Shown: positions 19,195 to 28,423 of the stretch, in pieces
How the letters are laid out: the number at the start of each line of letters is the position of its first letter
Position numbering within the stretch: position 1 is the first letter of the stretch
IMG/VR virus record: IMGVR_UViG_3300009146_000001
Coordinates: 12,046 to 76,045 of that record
Length of the DNA stretch: 64,000 nucleotides
Origin: a virus
Reading direction: 5' to 3' (one strand)
Position numbers and translations under genes: made by a program
Notes under the pieces: generated by a model
Database searches by the model: none
The model's input: only the letters and a program-made list of their open reading frames with translations
What the model was told of the DNA's origin: nothing

Positions 19195-19625
19195 AGCGTT
19201 GTCTCCAAGCCGACCCGGACCAGCACCCCCTCCTCGCCGGAAGTCACCATCTGGCCATATTCCCACACGACCCTCGGGTCATTGTCCTTGATTCCGACAA
19301 TCTCGGCGATGCCATCGACGAATGCCTTCAGGGAGGCTCGGAGGTTGTCATGATCGTCGAGGAGTCGGCGTCGGAGCTGGACGATGGTGACGACAAGACG
19401 TGCCGTGCCGCCTCTAGAATTGCCAGAAGACTTGTGTCGGGTTCGTGGACGATCCTTTGGACCGCCCTTTTGGCGTCGGACCACGCCCCGACCTTCGATT
19501 TGACCCCTTTGATCCGATTGGGGCTGCGCGGCTTCCACGGGACGAAGCCGACTCTTGTGAGTATAACCTTGCGGCCCGAGGACGTAGCCATTGTCGGTCA
19601 ATTTCTTGATGAATTCCGGAATCAT
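19191..19625 (-). CDS. RusA-like Holliday junction resolvase
   Basis: RLLDDHDNLRASLKAFVDGI...DND. Confidence 0.75.
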   Translation of the reverse strand: MIPEFIKKLTDNGYVLGPQGYTHKSRLRPVEAAQPQSDQRGQIEGRGVVRRQKGGPKDRPRTRHKSSGNSRGGTARLVVTIVQLRRRLLDDHDNLRASLKAFVDGIAEIVGIKDNDPRVVWEYGQMVTSGEEGVLVRVGLETTL

Positions 19626-20002
19626 GGAGGATCCTCACCCAGTTCGTCCTCCGGCCGCCACTCGCCCCGGAAAACCGGGACGGCAACGGTCGTATCCTCG
19701 AAGAGAAGCCCGATCATAGGGCCGCCAAGATCCCATCCGAGCGTGGCATGGTTATGTTTGGCGTGATCGAGTAAGGTTTGCCTCACCATCCGGGTGCCGC
19801 TCTTGAGCCAAGTCCCGCCGGGGAAGTTTATCAGTGTTTCTTCCTTACTTGCTGAGGCATCGGGGTTTACTGCACGACTACGGGGGCGCATCTTCGGTGT
19901 TTCTCCAATGATTGTGAACGTGGACCCCGGAGCGGTCCAGATATCTCCGGAGGATCGTTCTGGTTTCGTTGTACGGACGTAATTTTCGCACGGTCTGGCC
20001 AT
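19622..20002 (-). CDS. Hypothetical protein
   Basis: 126-aa ORF coupled to the RusA-like gene; start uncertain. Confidence 0.45.
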   Translation of the reverse strand: MARPCENYVRTTKPERSSGDIWTAPGSTFTIIGETPKMRPRSRAVNPDASASKEETLINFPGGTWLKSGTRMVRQTLLDHAKHNHATLGWDLGGPMIGLLFEDTTVAVPVFRGEWRPEDELGEDPP

Positions 20003-20471
20003 CCATCCGGCGCGTGGTCAGGAAAACCGACAGGAGTTCCTCTTTGAGTTCGAGGATTTTGGCCCCGGAGCCCTTCTTGTGGGCGACCAGAGCCGCAAAC
20101 CGGGCTGTGATGGGTCCAACCTTCTCGATTGCCACGGCTTGGAGCTTCGTAATCTCGGCAACCTCCTCCTTCTCCTCCATCGCCTTGCCGAAAAGTCGTT
20201 CCAGACGGCCACGGAAGCCAGAGATGAGCCGGTCGGCGTCACTTTCGAGATCCCGGAGGGTGTGCCGCCACTCCGCGCAGTCCTCGCAGACGATAATCCG
20301 GGACAGTTGCTCAATCGCCGGGTTCAACTTGAAGGCCCGGAGGTCAACTTCAGGCCGGATCGCCTTCCCGCAGTCCTTGCAGGTGTCCGGGTAGGAGTAC
20401 ATCTCCGGCTTGGTGGCCACGGGAACGGGGATCTGCGCGCCCCTGAGGGCTTCAGCAGCAGTTTTCACCAT
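19878..20471 (-). CDS. Zn-binding hypothetical protein
   Basis: CKDC...CEDC; ATG overlaps the upstream stop region. Confidence 0.55.
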   Translation of the reverse strand: MVKTAAEALRGAQIPVPVATKPEMYSYPDTCKDCGKAIRPEVDLRAFKLNPAIEQLSRIIVCEDCAEWRHTLRDLESDADRLISGFRGRLERLFGKAMEEKEEVAEITKLQAVAIEKVGPITARFAALVAHKKGSGAKILELKEELLSVFLTTRRMDGQTVRKLRPYNETRTILRRYLDRSGVHVHNHWRNTEDAPP

Positions 20472-20950
20472 GCCCCCTGATCTTTTGCCCGCAGGTACGC
20501 CGCACGCGCCTGAGCGGTTGCGTCGGCGGGCAGTCGTCGGCTGAGGTCGGGCAGAACCGCCCGCCTCCAGTGTTTGGCAAGAGCGTTTACGGTCATAGCA
20601 TTCTTCGGCCAGTGGGTTAACAGGTTCCGCCAACGGTGGATGATGTCCTCCGGCATGACGCCGGGCTCGATCTGGCGGATGTCCTTTAGGATTTTCGCGT
20701 ACCGGGAAACTTCGGGGCCTCCAACCGAGCATACCTGCTCGCCAGCCTCACACGTCGCCAGCGCGCAGATGAGAGCGTCGTTGGCACGCTGGGCCTCGGT
20801 GCGCTTCTCGGGCTCAGGCGGATTGTCCGGCAACGGGAGGGACTTAAACGGACGGCCCTTCTTGTTGCGCAGAGACCTTTCGATGTCGTCCAGCCGTTGC
20901 TCGATCCTGACGAGGACAAAGAGGATTTGCTGGTAGGGCTCGGCTTCCAT
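20465..20950 (-). CDS. Hypothetical protein, possibly replication-initiator-like
   Basis: MTVNALAKHW resembles C-terminal motifs of phage replisome organisers; position after the SSB-like gene. Confidence 0.4.
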   Translation of the reverse strand: MEAEPYQQILFVLVRIEQRLDDIERSLRNKKGRPFKSLPLPDNPPEPEKRTEAQRANDALICALATCEAGEQVCSVGGPEVSRYAKILKDIRQIEPGVMPEDIIHRWRNLLTHWPKNAMTVNALAKHWRRAVLPDLSRRLPADATAQARAAYLRAKDQGAW

Positions 20951-20951
20951 A

Positions 20952-21548
20952 TCAGAAAGGCGGCTCGTCATCGTCCTCGTTGATCGCGCCACGCTGCTGC
21001 TCGGGCGGAGTCGCTCCCTCCTGATTGATGGCCCACGCCTTGATCGCCCCGTCCCAAAGGAAGTTGAGGAGGTCGGTGTCGTCCCAGACCTTGACCCCCT
21101 TCACCGTCAACTCCTTGAGCCGGGGAAGTTCCTCCTTCGTGTACGCGGCAGGAATGCGGGCCTTCTGCTGCATCATCGTCCACCCGCGCCTGATCTTGTC
21201 CGGCTGATCCTCCGGCGTGAATGCGTAGGGCCGGAAAGCCACCGGCACCTCGGGATCAAAGTTGGGATAGCAGGACAGGAACCCGGTCGTGTACCGGGAC
21301 GACCACGGCACCTTAATGATGTCGCTGCCGTCCAGCTCAATCATGAGCTGCTTACCGAACTTTGAATCCTGCGCCTCAAAGTGGGAGATCACCCCTTCGA
21401 GCTGGTCGTAGTATTTCTCCCAGACTTCCTTGCCGAGTTTGTTGGTCCGCCTGAATGCGCCCAGCGCATTGGCTTGAGTCCGGGTGGCGAACCGTCCGGA
21501 ATATATGGTCCAGTACGTCCGCCGTTCGTAATCACTTGCTGTTGCCAT
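20952..21548 (-). CDS. ssDNA-binding protein
   Basis: Acidic-aromatic C-terminal tail EDDDEPPF; located in the replication cluster. Confidence 0.65.
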   Translation of the reverse strand: MATASDYERRTYWTIYSGRFATRTQANALGAFRRTNKLGKEVWEKYYDQLEGVISHFEAQDSKFGKQLMIELDGSDIIKVPWSSRYTTGFLSCYPNFDPEVPVAFRPYAFTPEDQPDKIRRGWTMMQQKARIPAAYTKEELPRLKELTVKGVKVWDDTDLLNFLWDGAIKAWAINQEGATPPEQQRGAINEDDDEPPF

Positions 21549-21927
21549 GTGGTGCTTTGGATGATGCTTTTGCCCAGTTGTAGAAAGTGGAGCGGGAGAT
21601 CCCGGCCTCCCGGCAGTATGCGACCACGGTCTTCTTGCGTTCCGCGCCGGTCTTCCCATACCGGACTCCGTGGGCGCAGCCGCAGGACCGGGTGTTGCCA
21701 GTGCGCAGATTGTTCAGGCGAACCTCAACCGACCGGCCGCAAGCGCACAGGCACTTCGCCATCGACACGCGCCGATTCCCGGAAGACTGTCTTGGGAGGA
21801 TACCCGTGACCGTGAGGCGACCGAAGACCGAGCCAGCCCACCTGTTCTCCTGCTTGCGCCAGTACCGCTTCCAATACTCCGCCATCGCCTTGCGACGCTT
21901 CCAGTGGATGGTTTTCTTTTCCGTCAT
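21532..21927 (-). CDS. Homing-endonuclease-derived Zn domain plus HTH; no nuclease domain
   Basis: FGRLTV...CLCACG...NLRTGNTRSCGC followed by YCREAGISRSTFYNW. Confidence 0.7.
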   Translation of the reverse strand: MTEKKTIHWKRRKAMAEYWKRYWRKQENRWAGSVFGRLTVTGILPRQSSGNRRVSMAKCLCACGRSVEVRLNNLRTGNTRSCGCAHGVRYGKTGAERKKTVVAYCREAGISRSTFYNWAKASSKAPHGNSK

Positions 21928-21986
21928 AAGGTGCCGCGAGGATCGGACTCAACGGCCACCTTGTCAAGCGTAAGTTCACTAATACC

Positions 21987-23282
21987 TCAGGCGGGCACCT
22001 TCGTATTTCCGCATGCCTTTAGCGCGGTTTCCCACCGACTGATATTCCCCAGCTTCCCGGCACCGATAGTCTTGCCAAGGCCCTCAAGCATCTGACGCCG
22101 CGCTTGCCAGACCTCAGGATCATTCCATTGTTTCCCACGACTGCCGCAGAAATCGGAGAACGCAAGGATGTCGCGGATGAACCCGTAGATTTCCCTCCCC
22201 TCCGGATCGTTGCCAGTGAATACCTCCCATCCTGCCGCCGGGGTAATAATCCATCCACTCTGCTGAACTGCGTGCTTGGCCACGCCATCCCTATCCAGAG
22301 GGCGTCCATTGAGTAAGTCCTGCGCCTTGGACCGATGAAGAACCTGCTGGGGCTCCTCGGCGATTTTCCTCCACTTGGCGATTTCGAAGCACCCCTTCTC
22401 AACGAAGAACTCCACCGCATTGTCTGCCAGTTCCGGCACGAACTGACCAAGGTGAATCGCATTCCTGTGGACATTATAGGCAACTCGCTTGCCATCCATG
22501 ATCATACTATCTGCCTCGGCACGAAACTCCGGCGGAAGTACGGCATGCATTCGAGCGTAACGTGGCCAATCCTTCCCGATCACCTTTTTCATATTGTCAG
22601 TGAGATCAGATGGCAACTTATCCACAAGCCTACTGGCCTTGTTCTGTTCCCTCTTCTCTATTCTTCCCTTAGATATGGGTGGAGGTTGCTTGGCCACGTA
22701 GAGTTTTTTCTTGCCATCGGGCTCCGTCACAGACCGTACTCGTAATTCACCACTGATTAGTTTGTCAGGGATACTTGGATCTTTCTCGGCAGCCTTGGCG
22801 GCAGCTTGTACGAGGTCTCTACTGGCCCCCACAACAGCGGCAGCTTGTTCGATGGCTTTGCCGGAATCGGGTAGTACTCCGGGAGTGCTACCCGATTCTT
22901 TGTATGACTCACTCTTCTTGTCCCCGCCGCCAGCCTTCATCCTCTCCGCCGCCTGTTTCTTATAGTAGGGAAGTATCTTAACTGCGACGCCTGCCTTCTG
23001 GCTGGCATTGAGATGCCTCCGACTGAGGTTGGCCCTTAGCGCGAAAGCAAAAATGGCTTCCTCGCTCTCGAAGTCGATGTTGTTCCATGCGGGCTCTATG
23101 CCGAGTCTCTGCGCCATCTCAAGGCGATTACGCCCATCCACAAGCACGGTCTCTCCGCCGATCTTGGTCGTGGTGATCGGGAACGCCGGGTCGAATCCAT
23201 TCTTCTTCATGTCCTTCTCCATCTCAAGGAAGTCATCGCCTTCGATTGCCGGGAACAATGTAACTACAGCGTGGTATTTCAT
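21987..23282 (-). CDS. ParB/Srx-domain protein
   Basis: LVDGRNRL, NLSRRHLNASQKA, HTH-like AAAVVGASRDLV. Confidence 0.85.
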   Translation of the reverse strand: MKYHAVVTLFPAIEGDDFLEMEKDMKKNGFDPAFPITTTKIGGETVLVDGRNRLEMAQRLGIEPAWNNIDFESEEAIFAFALRANLSRRHLNASQKAGVAVKILPYYKKQAAERMKAGGGDKKSESYKESGSTPGVLPDSGKAIEQAAAVVGASRDLVQAAAKAAEKDPSIPDKLISGELRVRSVTEPDGKKKLYVAKQPPPISKGRIEKREQNKASRLVDKLPSDLTDNMKKVIGKDWPRYARMHAVLPPEFRAEADSMIMDGKRVAYNVHRNAIHLGQFVPELADNAVEFFVEKGCFEIAKWRKIAEEPQQVLHRSKAQDLLNGRPLDRDGVAKHAVQQSGWIITPAAGWEVFTGNDPEGREIYGFIRDILAFSDFCGSRGKQWNDPEVWQARRQMLEGLGKTIGAGKLGNISRWETALKACGNTKVPA

Positions 23283-23288
23283 TTGGTG

Positions 23289-23321
23289 AAAAAAGGGGCG
23301 GCCCCCGTGAGGAAGCCGCCC
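23289..23321 (-). terminator. Intrinsic terminator
   Basis: GGGCGGC/GCCGCCC stem followed by a T-tract on the minus strand. Confidence 0.7.
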
Positions 23322-23342
23322 GGTGCTAATCTCAGGATCTAA

Positions 23343-24302
23343 TTAGGCGGCTGCGGCCAAAGGCGGAGGAACTGCAACCGCGCTGGGTTCGGTGCTCGGC
23401 CACGAAGGGACACTCACCTTGCCCTTCTTGTTCTTGCCCCTGACCAGAGCCTTGATGGTCTTCGATCCGGGACCACCCTTCGCGAAGTGCGTGAAGCACT
23501 CGACGAGTGCGGCCCACCGATGGCGAGACGTATATCCCGATGACGCTTCCTCGCGTGCCTTGATGAGTTCGTTGCCAAGGCGGCTCGGAACTGAACCGTC
23601 GTCCTCATTGGCCACGAGCGCGTCAAGGAACGACTCGATGGTCGCCACGGGGCATCCTGCACGGATCGCGCTGTAATGCCACGCCGCCACCTCGCGATTG
23701 GTGACGACATCGGAGTTGGGGTACTTGTTGAAGAGCGCCGTAGTAAACGCAACGCTCGCCTTGAGTTCTGCCTCATGCAGCGCCGAGTAGGTGACAACGT
23801 CGAATACCGAGACGTTCCCCTTCGATTCACCGATCCGAAGGATCAGCGTGACAGCACCAGAGACGATGTCGCTGTTGCTGACCTTGCGAAGCGAGAGAGC
23901 CTCGCTCGGAGTTCGGCGGCGACCCGGACCGTCGATGAAGATGATCGCATCCTCCGGAAAATTCGGAATGATGACGACATCGAGGGTATAGCCCGCCTTC
24001 ACGGCGGCGTCGAGCCGGTGCTGGCCATCAGCCAGACCTTTTCCCGGATAGAACCGGATCGCATCTCCGGTATAGGTCCACTCGCCGCGCTTCATGACAT
24101 CGGCGTAGTGCGTTGAGGTGACAGCAAACAACGGCCGGTTGTGGCGGTTGTAATCCCGGAGGATGACCGCTGCCATCTCCGGCGTGATTTGAACCCGCTT
24201 CGGATCGTTGCCCGCAAGGATCGCGACGAGGAGTTCAGGGGTGAGGGTGGGAACAACTGGAGCAGTCGGAACTGCAACCGACGGAACTGTGGATACACTC
24301 AT
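23343..24302 (-). CDS. DGQHR-type ParB-like domain protein
   Basis: ITPEMA...NRHNRPL...GEW...DGQHRLDA. Confidence 0.8.
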   Translation of the reverse strand: MSVSTVPSVAVPTAPVVPTLTPELLVAILAGNDPKRVQITPEMAAVILRDYNRHNRPLFAVTSTHYADVMKRGEWTYTGDAIRFYPGKGLADGQHRLDAAVKAGYTLDVVIIPNFPEDAIIFIDGPGRRRTPSEALSLRKVSNSDIVSGAVTLILRIGESKGNVSVFDVVTYSALHEAELKASVAFTTALFNKYPNSDVVTNREVAAWHYSAIRAGCPVATIESFLDALVANEDDGSVPSRLGNELIKAREEASSGYTSRHRWAALVECFTHFAKGGPGSKTIKALVRGKNKKGKVSVPSWPSTEPSAVAVPPPLAAAA

Positions 24303-24577
24303 GATGTTCTGCATGCCGGGTATGGGGTTCGCGCTTTGCGCTCGGACAACGGGCAGCCTTAATTGGCGTTTCGTCATCCACCACACCTGACAGTGCGTAA
24401 GGAAACACTGGTGATTCACCGCGTCAACCACTTTCGTGTGGTAATCCACACCAGCCTTTGGGATTCTTTTCTTGCGATGGAATGTGACCCCATGTACGCA
24501 GGTATCGCGCCTCCCGTGGCGCTCTTCATGGACCGGGGGCTGGTTCTCAGGGGTGCTTGCCAGCTCCCGGTTTATCT

Positions 24578-24763
24578 ATGAAACGGACCACCTGCAAGAC
24601 ACCCCAAGTCCGGCTCGATGAAGACATCGCGGCATGGATCCAGCAGCAGGCGGACGCCGAACACCGCAGCTTGGGCCAGATGACGAACCTGCTCATCAGG
24701 AGGATGAGGAAGGTGCTCCACGAGAAGAAGGTCGAAGACCAGATGGACCAATTCCTGCCATGA
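24578..24763 (+). CDS. Arc/MetJ-type ribbon-helix-helix repressor
   Basis: PQVRLDEDIAAWIQQQADAEHRSLGQMTNLLI. Confidence 0.8.
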   Translation: MKRTTCKTPQVRLDEDIAAWIQQQADAEHRSLGQMTNLLIRRMRKVLHEKKVEDQMDQFLP

Positions 24764-25005
24764 CCACCAGCGATCAGAAAAACCTCCTTGAGGCGAAGAT
24801 GAAGGAGGCGATCCAGCTCATCTCCGATCACTGCGACGCCTGCGTGATCATCGCGTCGTGGGACGACGAGAACGACACCCTGCGGTTCACCAAGAGCCGG
24901 GGGAACCTCCATGCCTGCCGCTGGCTGGTCCACGAGGCGGCGATGGAACAAGAGGAACTCCAGCGGTCGATCACCCGGAAGGCATTCGAGAACCCCGAGG
25001 AATGA
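24760..25005 (+). CDS. Hypothetical protein
   Basis: ATGA-coupled ORF MTTSDQK... Confidence 0.6.
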   Translation: MTTSDQKNLLEAKMKEAIQLISDHCDACVIIASWDDENDTLRFTKSRGNLHACRWLVHEAAMEQEELQRSITRKAFENPEE

Positions 25006-25238
25006 ACGTGTACGACCTGAATGTTGGCGACGAGGTTGAGAAGATCAGCGGCGACTACCGTTTCCGTGGCCACATCGTCTCGGTCTTCCTCAAGCGCAGC
25101 GGCCAGACCCGGTACGTCGTCGAGAACCCAGACGGCATCCTCCATATATTCTCAAGGGGGAATCTCACCCTCGTGAGCCGCAAGCAGCCCGCGACCTACG
25201 CCGAGGCGATGGCCAGCTTCCTACCACCCGTCCCATGA
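25002..25238 (+). CDS. Small SH3-like beta-barrel hypothetical protein
   Basis: VGDEVEKISGDYRFRGHIV...RYVVE; ATGA-coupled. Confidence 0.6.
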   Translation: MNVYDLNVGDEVEKISGDYRFRGHIVSVFLKRSGQTRYVVENPDGILHIFSRGNLTLVSRKQPATYAEAMASFLPPVP

Positions 25239-25630
25239 ATCATATCTCCGACTACGAAGCCTATTGCCTGAGGTGGTTCCGGGAGAATCCCGGACCCTGC
25301 GAGACCACGATCACGCCCATCCACATGGACCCCACCGAAAAAACCGAATACTACTACGTCGCCCTGAAAATGACCTTCCCCGAGCTGGTAGAGGCCGAGC
25401 TGAAGAACGCCCGCGCCAAGCACCAACCCATCCAGTCGGCCCACGAAGGTTATGCAGTGATCGCCGAGGAAGTCGAAGAGTTCTGGGACGAGGTGAAGAA
25501 GAAGCGGCAGGACCGGGATAAGACCCTCATGCTCCACGAACTCGTCCAGCTCGCCGCGATGGCGCGTCGCACCGCCGAGGACTGCGGACTCGTCTCCATC
25601 GGCAATGCCTCAATGCCCCCGGTGCCATGA
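25235..25630 (+). CDS. MazG-like NTP pyrophosphatase
   Basis: SAHEGYAVIAEEVEEFWDEV...ELVQLAAMA (ExxE...ExxQ). Confidence 0.65.
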   Translation: MNHISDYEAYCLRWFRENPGPCETTITPIHMDPTEKTEYYYVALKMTFPELVEAELKNARAKHQPIQSAHEGYAVIAEEVEEFWDEVKKKRQDRDKTLMLHELVQLAAMARRTAEDCGLVSIGNASMPPVP

Positions 25631-25908
25631 ACCGACGGGGCTTCATCCGCAACCTTGCCGGGATCGGTGTCTTCTCGATCCTGCCCGGCGCTGGCCGCAT
25701 CTGGAAGGCCCGCAGGCCGCACAGCCTGTATGAGCTGATGTTCCTTCCTCAGTTTCCCCCGTCTCCGCTGCCGCTGGATCTGAAGAAAATCTTCGAAGAG
25801 CTGTATGCGCTCAAACGCAGGAGAGAGTTGGAGCGCACTGAGGACGAGATCCGCTGGTACGCGCCGCCCCTACCTCACCCTTGGGACACGGATATCGCCA
25901 GCGGGTAG
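25627..25908 (+). CDS. Small protein with a twin-arginine signal-like N-terminus and a capsid-like helix
   Basis: MNRRGFIRNLAG...; DLKKIFEELYALKRRR matches capsid DLTDLFEEIYAMQRVR. Confidence 0.65.
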   Translation: MNRRGFIRNLAGIGVFSILPGAGRIWKARRPHSLYELMFLPQFPPSPLPLDLKKIFEELYALKRRRELERTEDEIRWYAPPLPHPWDTDIASG

Positions 25909-26070
25909 GACGCCGATCAGCCAGAGGATCCAGATCACAAGGAGCACGACGACGACGATGTTCAGGAGCTTCTTGATGTTCGCCTGCATCGGGATGTAGG
26001 TGTTCACCGCCCACATCAGAACCCCGATGAGGACGATGATGACGATCAGGGAGATGATGCTCACGCCCAT
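25870..26070 (-). CDS. Thivi_2564-like small membrane protein
   Basis: Two TM helices around WAVNTYIPMQANIKKLLN. Confidence 0.75.
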   Translation of the reverse strand: MGVSIISLIVIIVLIGVLMWAVNTYIPMQANIKKLLNIVVVVLLVIWILWLIGVLPAGDIRVPRVR

Positions 26071-26166
26071 CGTTTACCACGGTGGTCCCTGAAAAGAAAT
26101 GACCCCGATCCCACTAGCGGAAAATCCGCTAGCAGAACCGGGGTCACCCAAGGGCGGAGTTGTGAT

Positions 26167-26742
26167 CTACCGCTTAGGCTGTGCTCCGGGGGCGATGGGC
26201 TGGTCGGGCCGCACGGGGGGAGTAGGAAGAGGCTGGCCGCCAACTACCTGCTCGACCCAAGCCCACTTGAAGTTGCCGGGGCCGATGGCGACCAGAGCCT
26301 TCGTGTAGGTCTTCACCGGGTCAGGCTTGTCTCCTTCGGGAGGAGGAGAAACCGATTGCTGCCCAGTGGCAGGCGAGATAAGCCACGGCAGGAGCCAGAG
26401 AAGAGGATGGCGAGGACCGGGATGACCGACACCCCAGCCGGGATCAACCGGGCCTTCACCGAACGGAGGGGGAAGCTCATTATTCGGTCGGTCCGGGCGT
26501 CCCCCGCCCCACCAAGGATGACCGCCGCCACCGGGGAGTTCGTTGCTCGGTCGGTCGGGACGCTGGCCACCCCACCAAGGATGACCGCCGCCACCCTCTG
26601 GGCGACCATAGCCGGGATCAACCGGACCGCCGCCCCATCCGGGGAGGGCGTTACTGGGATAGTTGGGAGGACCGGGAGGAAGCCCTTGATCGGGACGACT
26701 GCCATCGGGAACTGGGACAAGATAATACGCTTGAGGAGGCAT
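26167..26742 (-). CDS. Pro/Gly-rich repeat protein
   Basis: Repeats PDQGLP, PVDPG(Y/W)G and GGGHPWWGG.RPDRP.NELP; GGAAA leader. Confidence 0.7.
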   Translation of the reverse strand: MPPQAYYLVPVPDGSRPDQGLPPGPPNYPSNALPGWGGGPVDPGYGRPEGGGGHPWWGGQRPDRPSNELPGGGGHPWWGGGRPDRPNNELPPPFGEGPVDPGWGVGHPGPRHPLLWLLPWLISPATGQQSVSPPPEGDKPDPVKTYTKALVAIGPGNFKWAWVEQVVGGQPLPTPPVRPDQPIAPGAQPKR

Positions 26743-26879
26743 GGATTTCCTTTTGTTTTCTGAAATTGGCTGGAGTGAAGACTACATGATGTGGCTAAAA
26801 GCAAAAGCCCCGATCCCTTTCGAGACCGGGGCTCTTCCTGCGCCAGCACCCCCAAGCAGGTTAGGGGAGAAGAGGCAGC

Positions 26880-27593
26880 TCAGAAGCGCCGTCGCAGAAT
26901 CGGAAGGCTGATCAGGCCAAGGCCCATGAGCCCGAGGGTCCAACCCCCATCGGGGCAGGAGATTTCCAGCTTGGAAACCCGGACATCGAGGTTCGCGAGG
27001 GCCGAGGCGTCCACGAAGATGGCGACTGCGCCGACGTTCGCGTAATCCACCGACCCGACAACCACCGAGGGGCTCGACAGATCCACCGAGTAGTCGGCCA
27101 GCCCGACAGCGAGGTTGATGTTGTAGAGGTTGTAGTTCCCGGCATCCGTCGCGATTGCGATTTGCAGCACGGCGGTCGGGAGATCCGCAAAGGCGGACAC
27201 CTCGATGGTGCCGTTCTGGCATTCGCTGATGTCGAGATCCAGACCGTAGTCCAGCTCGTTGGCGGTGATCCGGTTGTTGGCGTTCGCGTCCGTGATCCCG
27301 GCGACACCGTCCCAGACGATCCCACCCTCACCGCGACCGGCGAAGGAGGCGTAACCGCCAGCGTTGAACGCGACACCCGTCGCGAAGATACCTGCCGAGG
27401 TGGACCAGACCGCCGCGTCACGGATACCGCCGACTGCACCGGGGTGGGCGAAGGTTCCCGTCGCGATCTGCGGCGGGGTGAGGGAGTTCAGCATGACGAT
27501 ATGGGGACCGCCCAAGAAGTCGTCGATGACGATGGTTGAGGCCGACGCGGACAACGCCGCGCTGAGGCCGAGGACTGACAGGAGTCTCTTCAT
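26880..27593 (-). CDS. PEP-CTERM (VPDSG-CTERM-like) surface protein
   Basis: Signal peptide; C-terminal CPDGGWTL + TM helix + RRRF. Confidence 0.85.
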   Translation of the reverse strand: MKRLLSVLGLSAALSASASTIVIDDFLGGPHIVMLNSLTPPQIATGTFAHPGAVGGIRDAAVWSTSAGIFATGVAFNAGGYASFAGRGEGGIVWDGVAGITDANANNRITANELDYGLDLDISECQNGTIEVSAFADLPTAVLQIAIATDAGNYNLYNINLAVGLADYSVDLSSPSVVVGSVDYANVGAVAIFVDASALANLDVRVSKLEISCPDGGWTLGLMGLGLISLPILRRRF

Positions 27594-27632
27594 ACTACGA
27601 GTGGGGACTATTCTGAGTTTGGGTTTACCGAA

Positions 27633-28328
27633 TTACCGGCGAAGGCGGCGGCCAGCGAAGCCGAGGCCGACGAGACCGCCACCGAGGAGCACCAAGGTCG
27701 AGCCAGCGTCAGGCGTCGGGATGATGACGGTCGGGTTGATGAACGGTCCGCCAACCGGGCCAGCGATCCAGCCAGATCCGCCATTGGGCGTGTTCTGGAT
27801 ATGGGCCGCGCCAGCGAAGGGACCGTGGCCGCCCGCGTCGAGCGACAGGAACTGGAAGTCGGTCGGGCTCAGGCTGCCGTCAGAATCCGTGAAAAACAGC
27901 ACGAGGGATTCATTTGCGCCGAAGGTCTTGGCGAGATTTCCGCCCTGCGCGAAGTCGATCAGGATGTCGAAGAATCCGTCGCCGTCCGCCTTGAAGGCAT
28001 TCTCGGACAGGGACACCGTGGGATTATCGAACGTGCCGACCTTGGTCCCGAGCGACACCGAGATCGTGGTCAGGTCGAGAAGGTCGTTGTAGTTGATCGA
28101 GGTCTCGTCGTTGTTCTCGCTGCCGAGGAGGCCGACGTTGTTGATCGTCAGCTTGACCGTGCCCGCAGGCTGGGCGACATCGGTCAGGCTGAGCGTGACC
28201 CACGGAGCCGGGCCAGCGGGAGCGGTCCCGCCGGAGAACTCCGCGTTCATGTTGTAGTTCAGGGTGATGCCACTGGCCGACAGCGCGGAGGCGGCGGCGA
28301 TGGCGGTAAGGATGGTTAGGGTTTTCAT
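27633..28328 (-). CDS. PEP-CTERM (VPDSG-CTERM-like) surface protein
   Basis: Signal peptide; C-terminal TPDAGSTL + TM helix + RRLRR. Confidence 0.9.
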   Translation of the reverse strand: MKTLTILTAIAAASALSASGITLNYNMNAEFSGGTAPAGPAPWVTLSLTDVAQPAGTVKLTINNVGLLGSENNDETSINYNDLLDLTTISVSLGTKVGTFDNPTVSLSENAFKADGDGFFDILIDFAQGGNLAKTFGANESLVLFFTDSDGSLSPTDFQFLSLDAGGHGPFAGAAHIQNTPNGGSGWIAGPVGGPFINPTVIIPTPDAGSTLVLLGGGLVGLGFAGRRLRR

Positions 28329-28423
28329 TCTGAGTCACAGAATAAGCAACCCCAATACCACCGCAGTACAAACGACTTAGCTACCCGGAATGTAAGAATT
28401 CCCTGAACTGCGGTCGGAATTCC

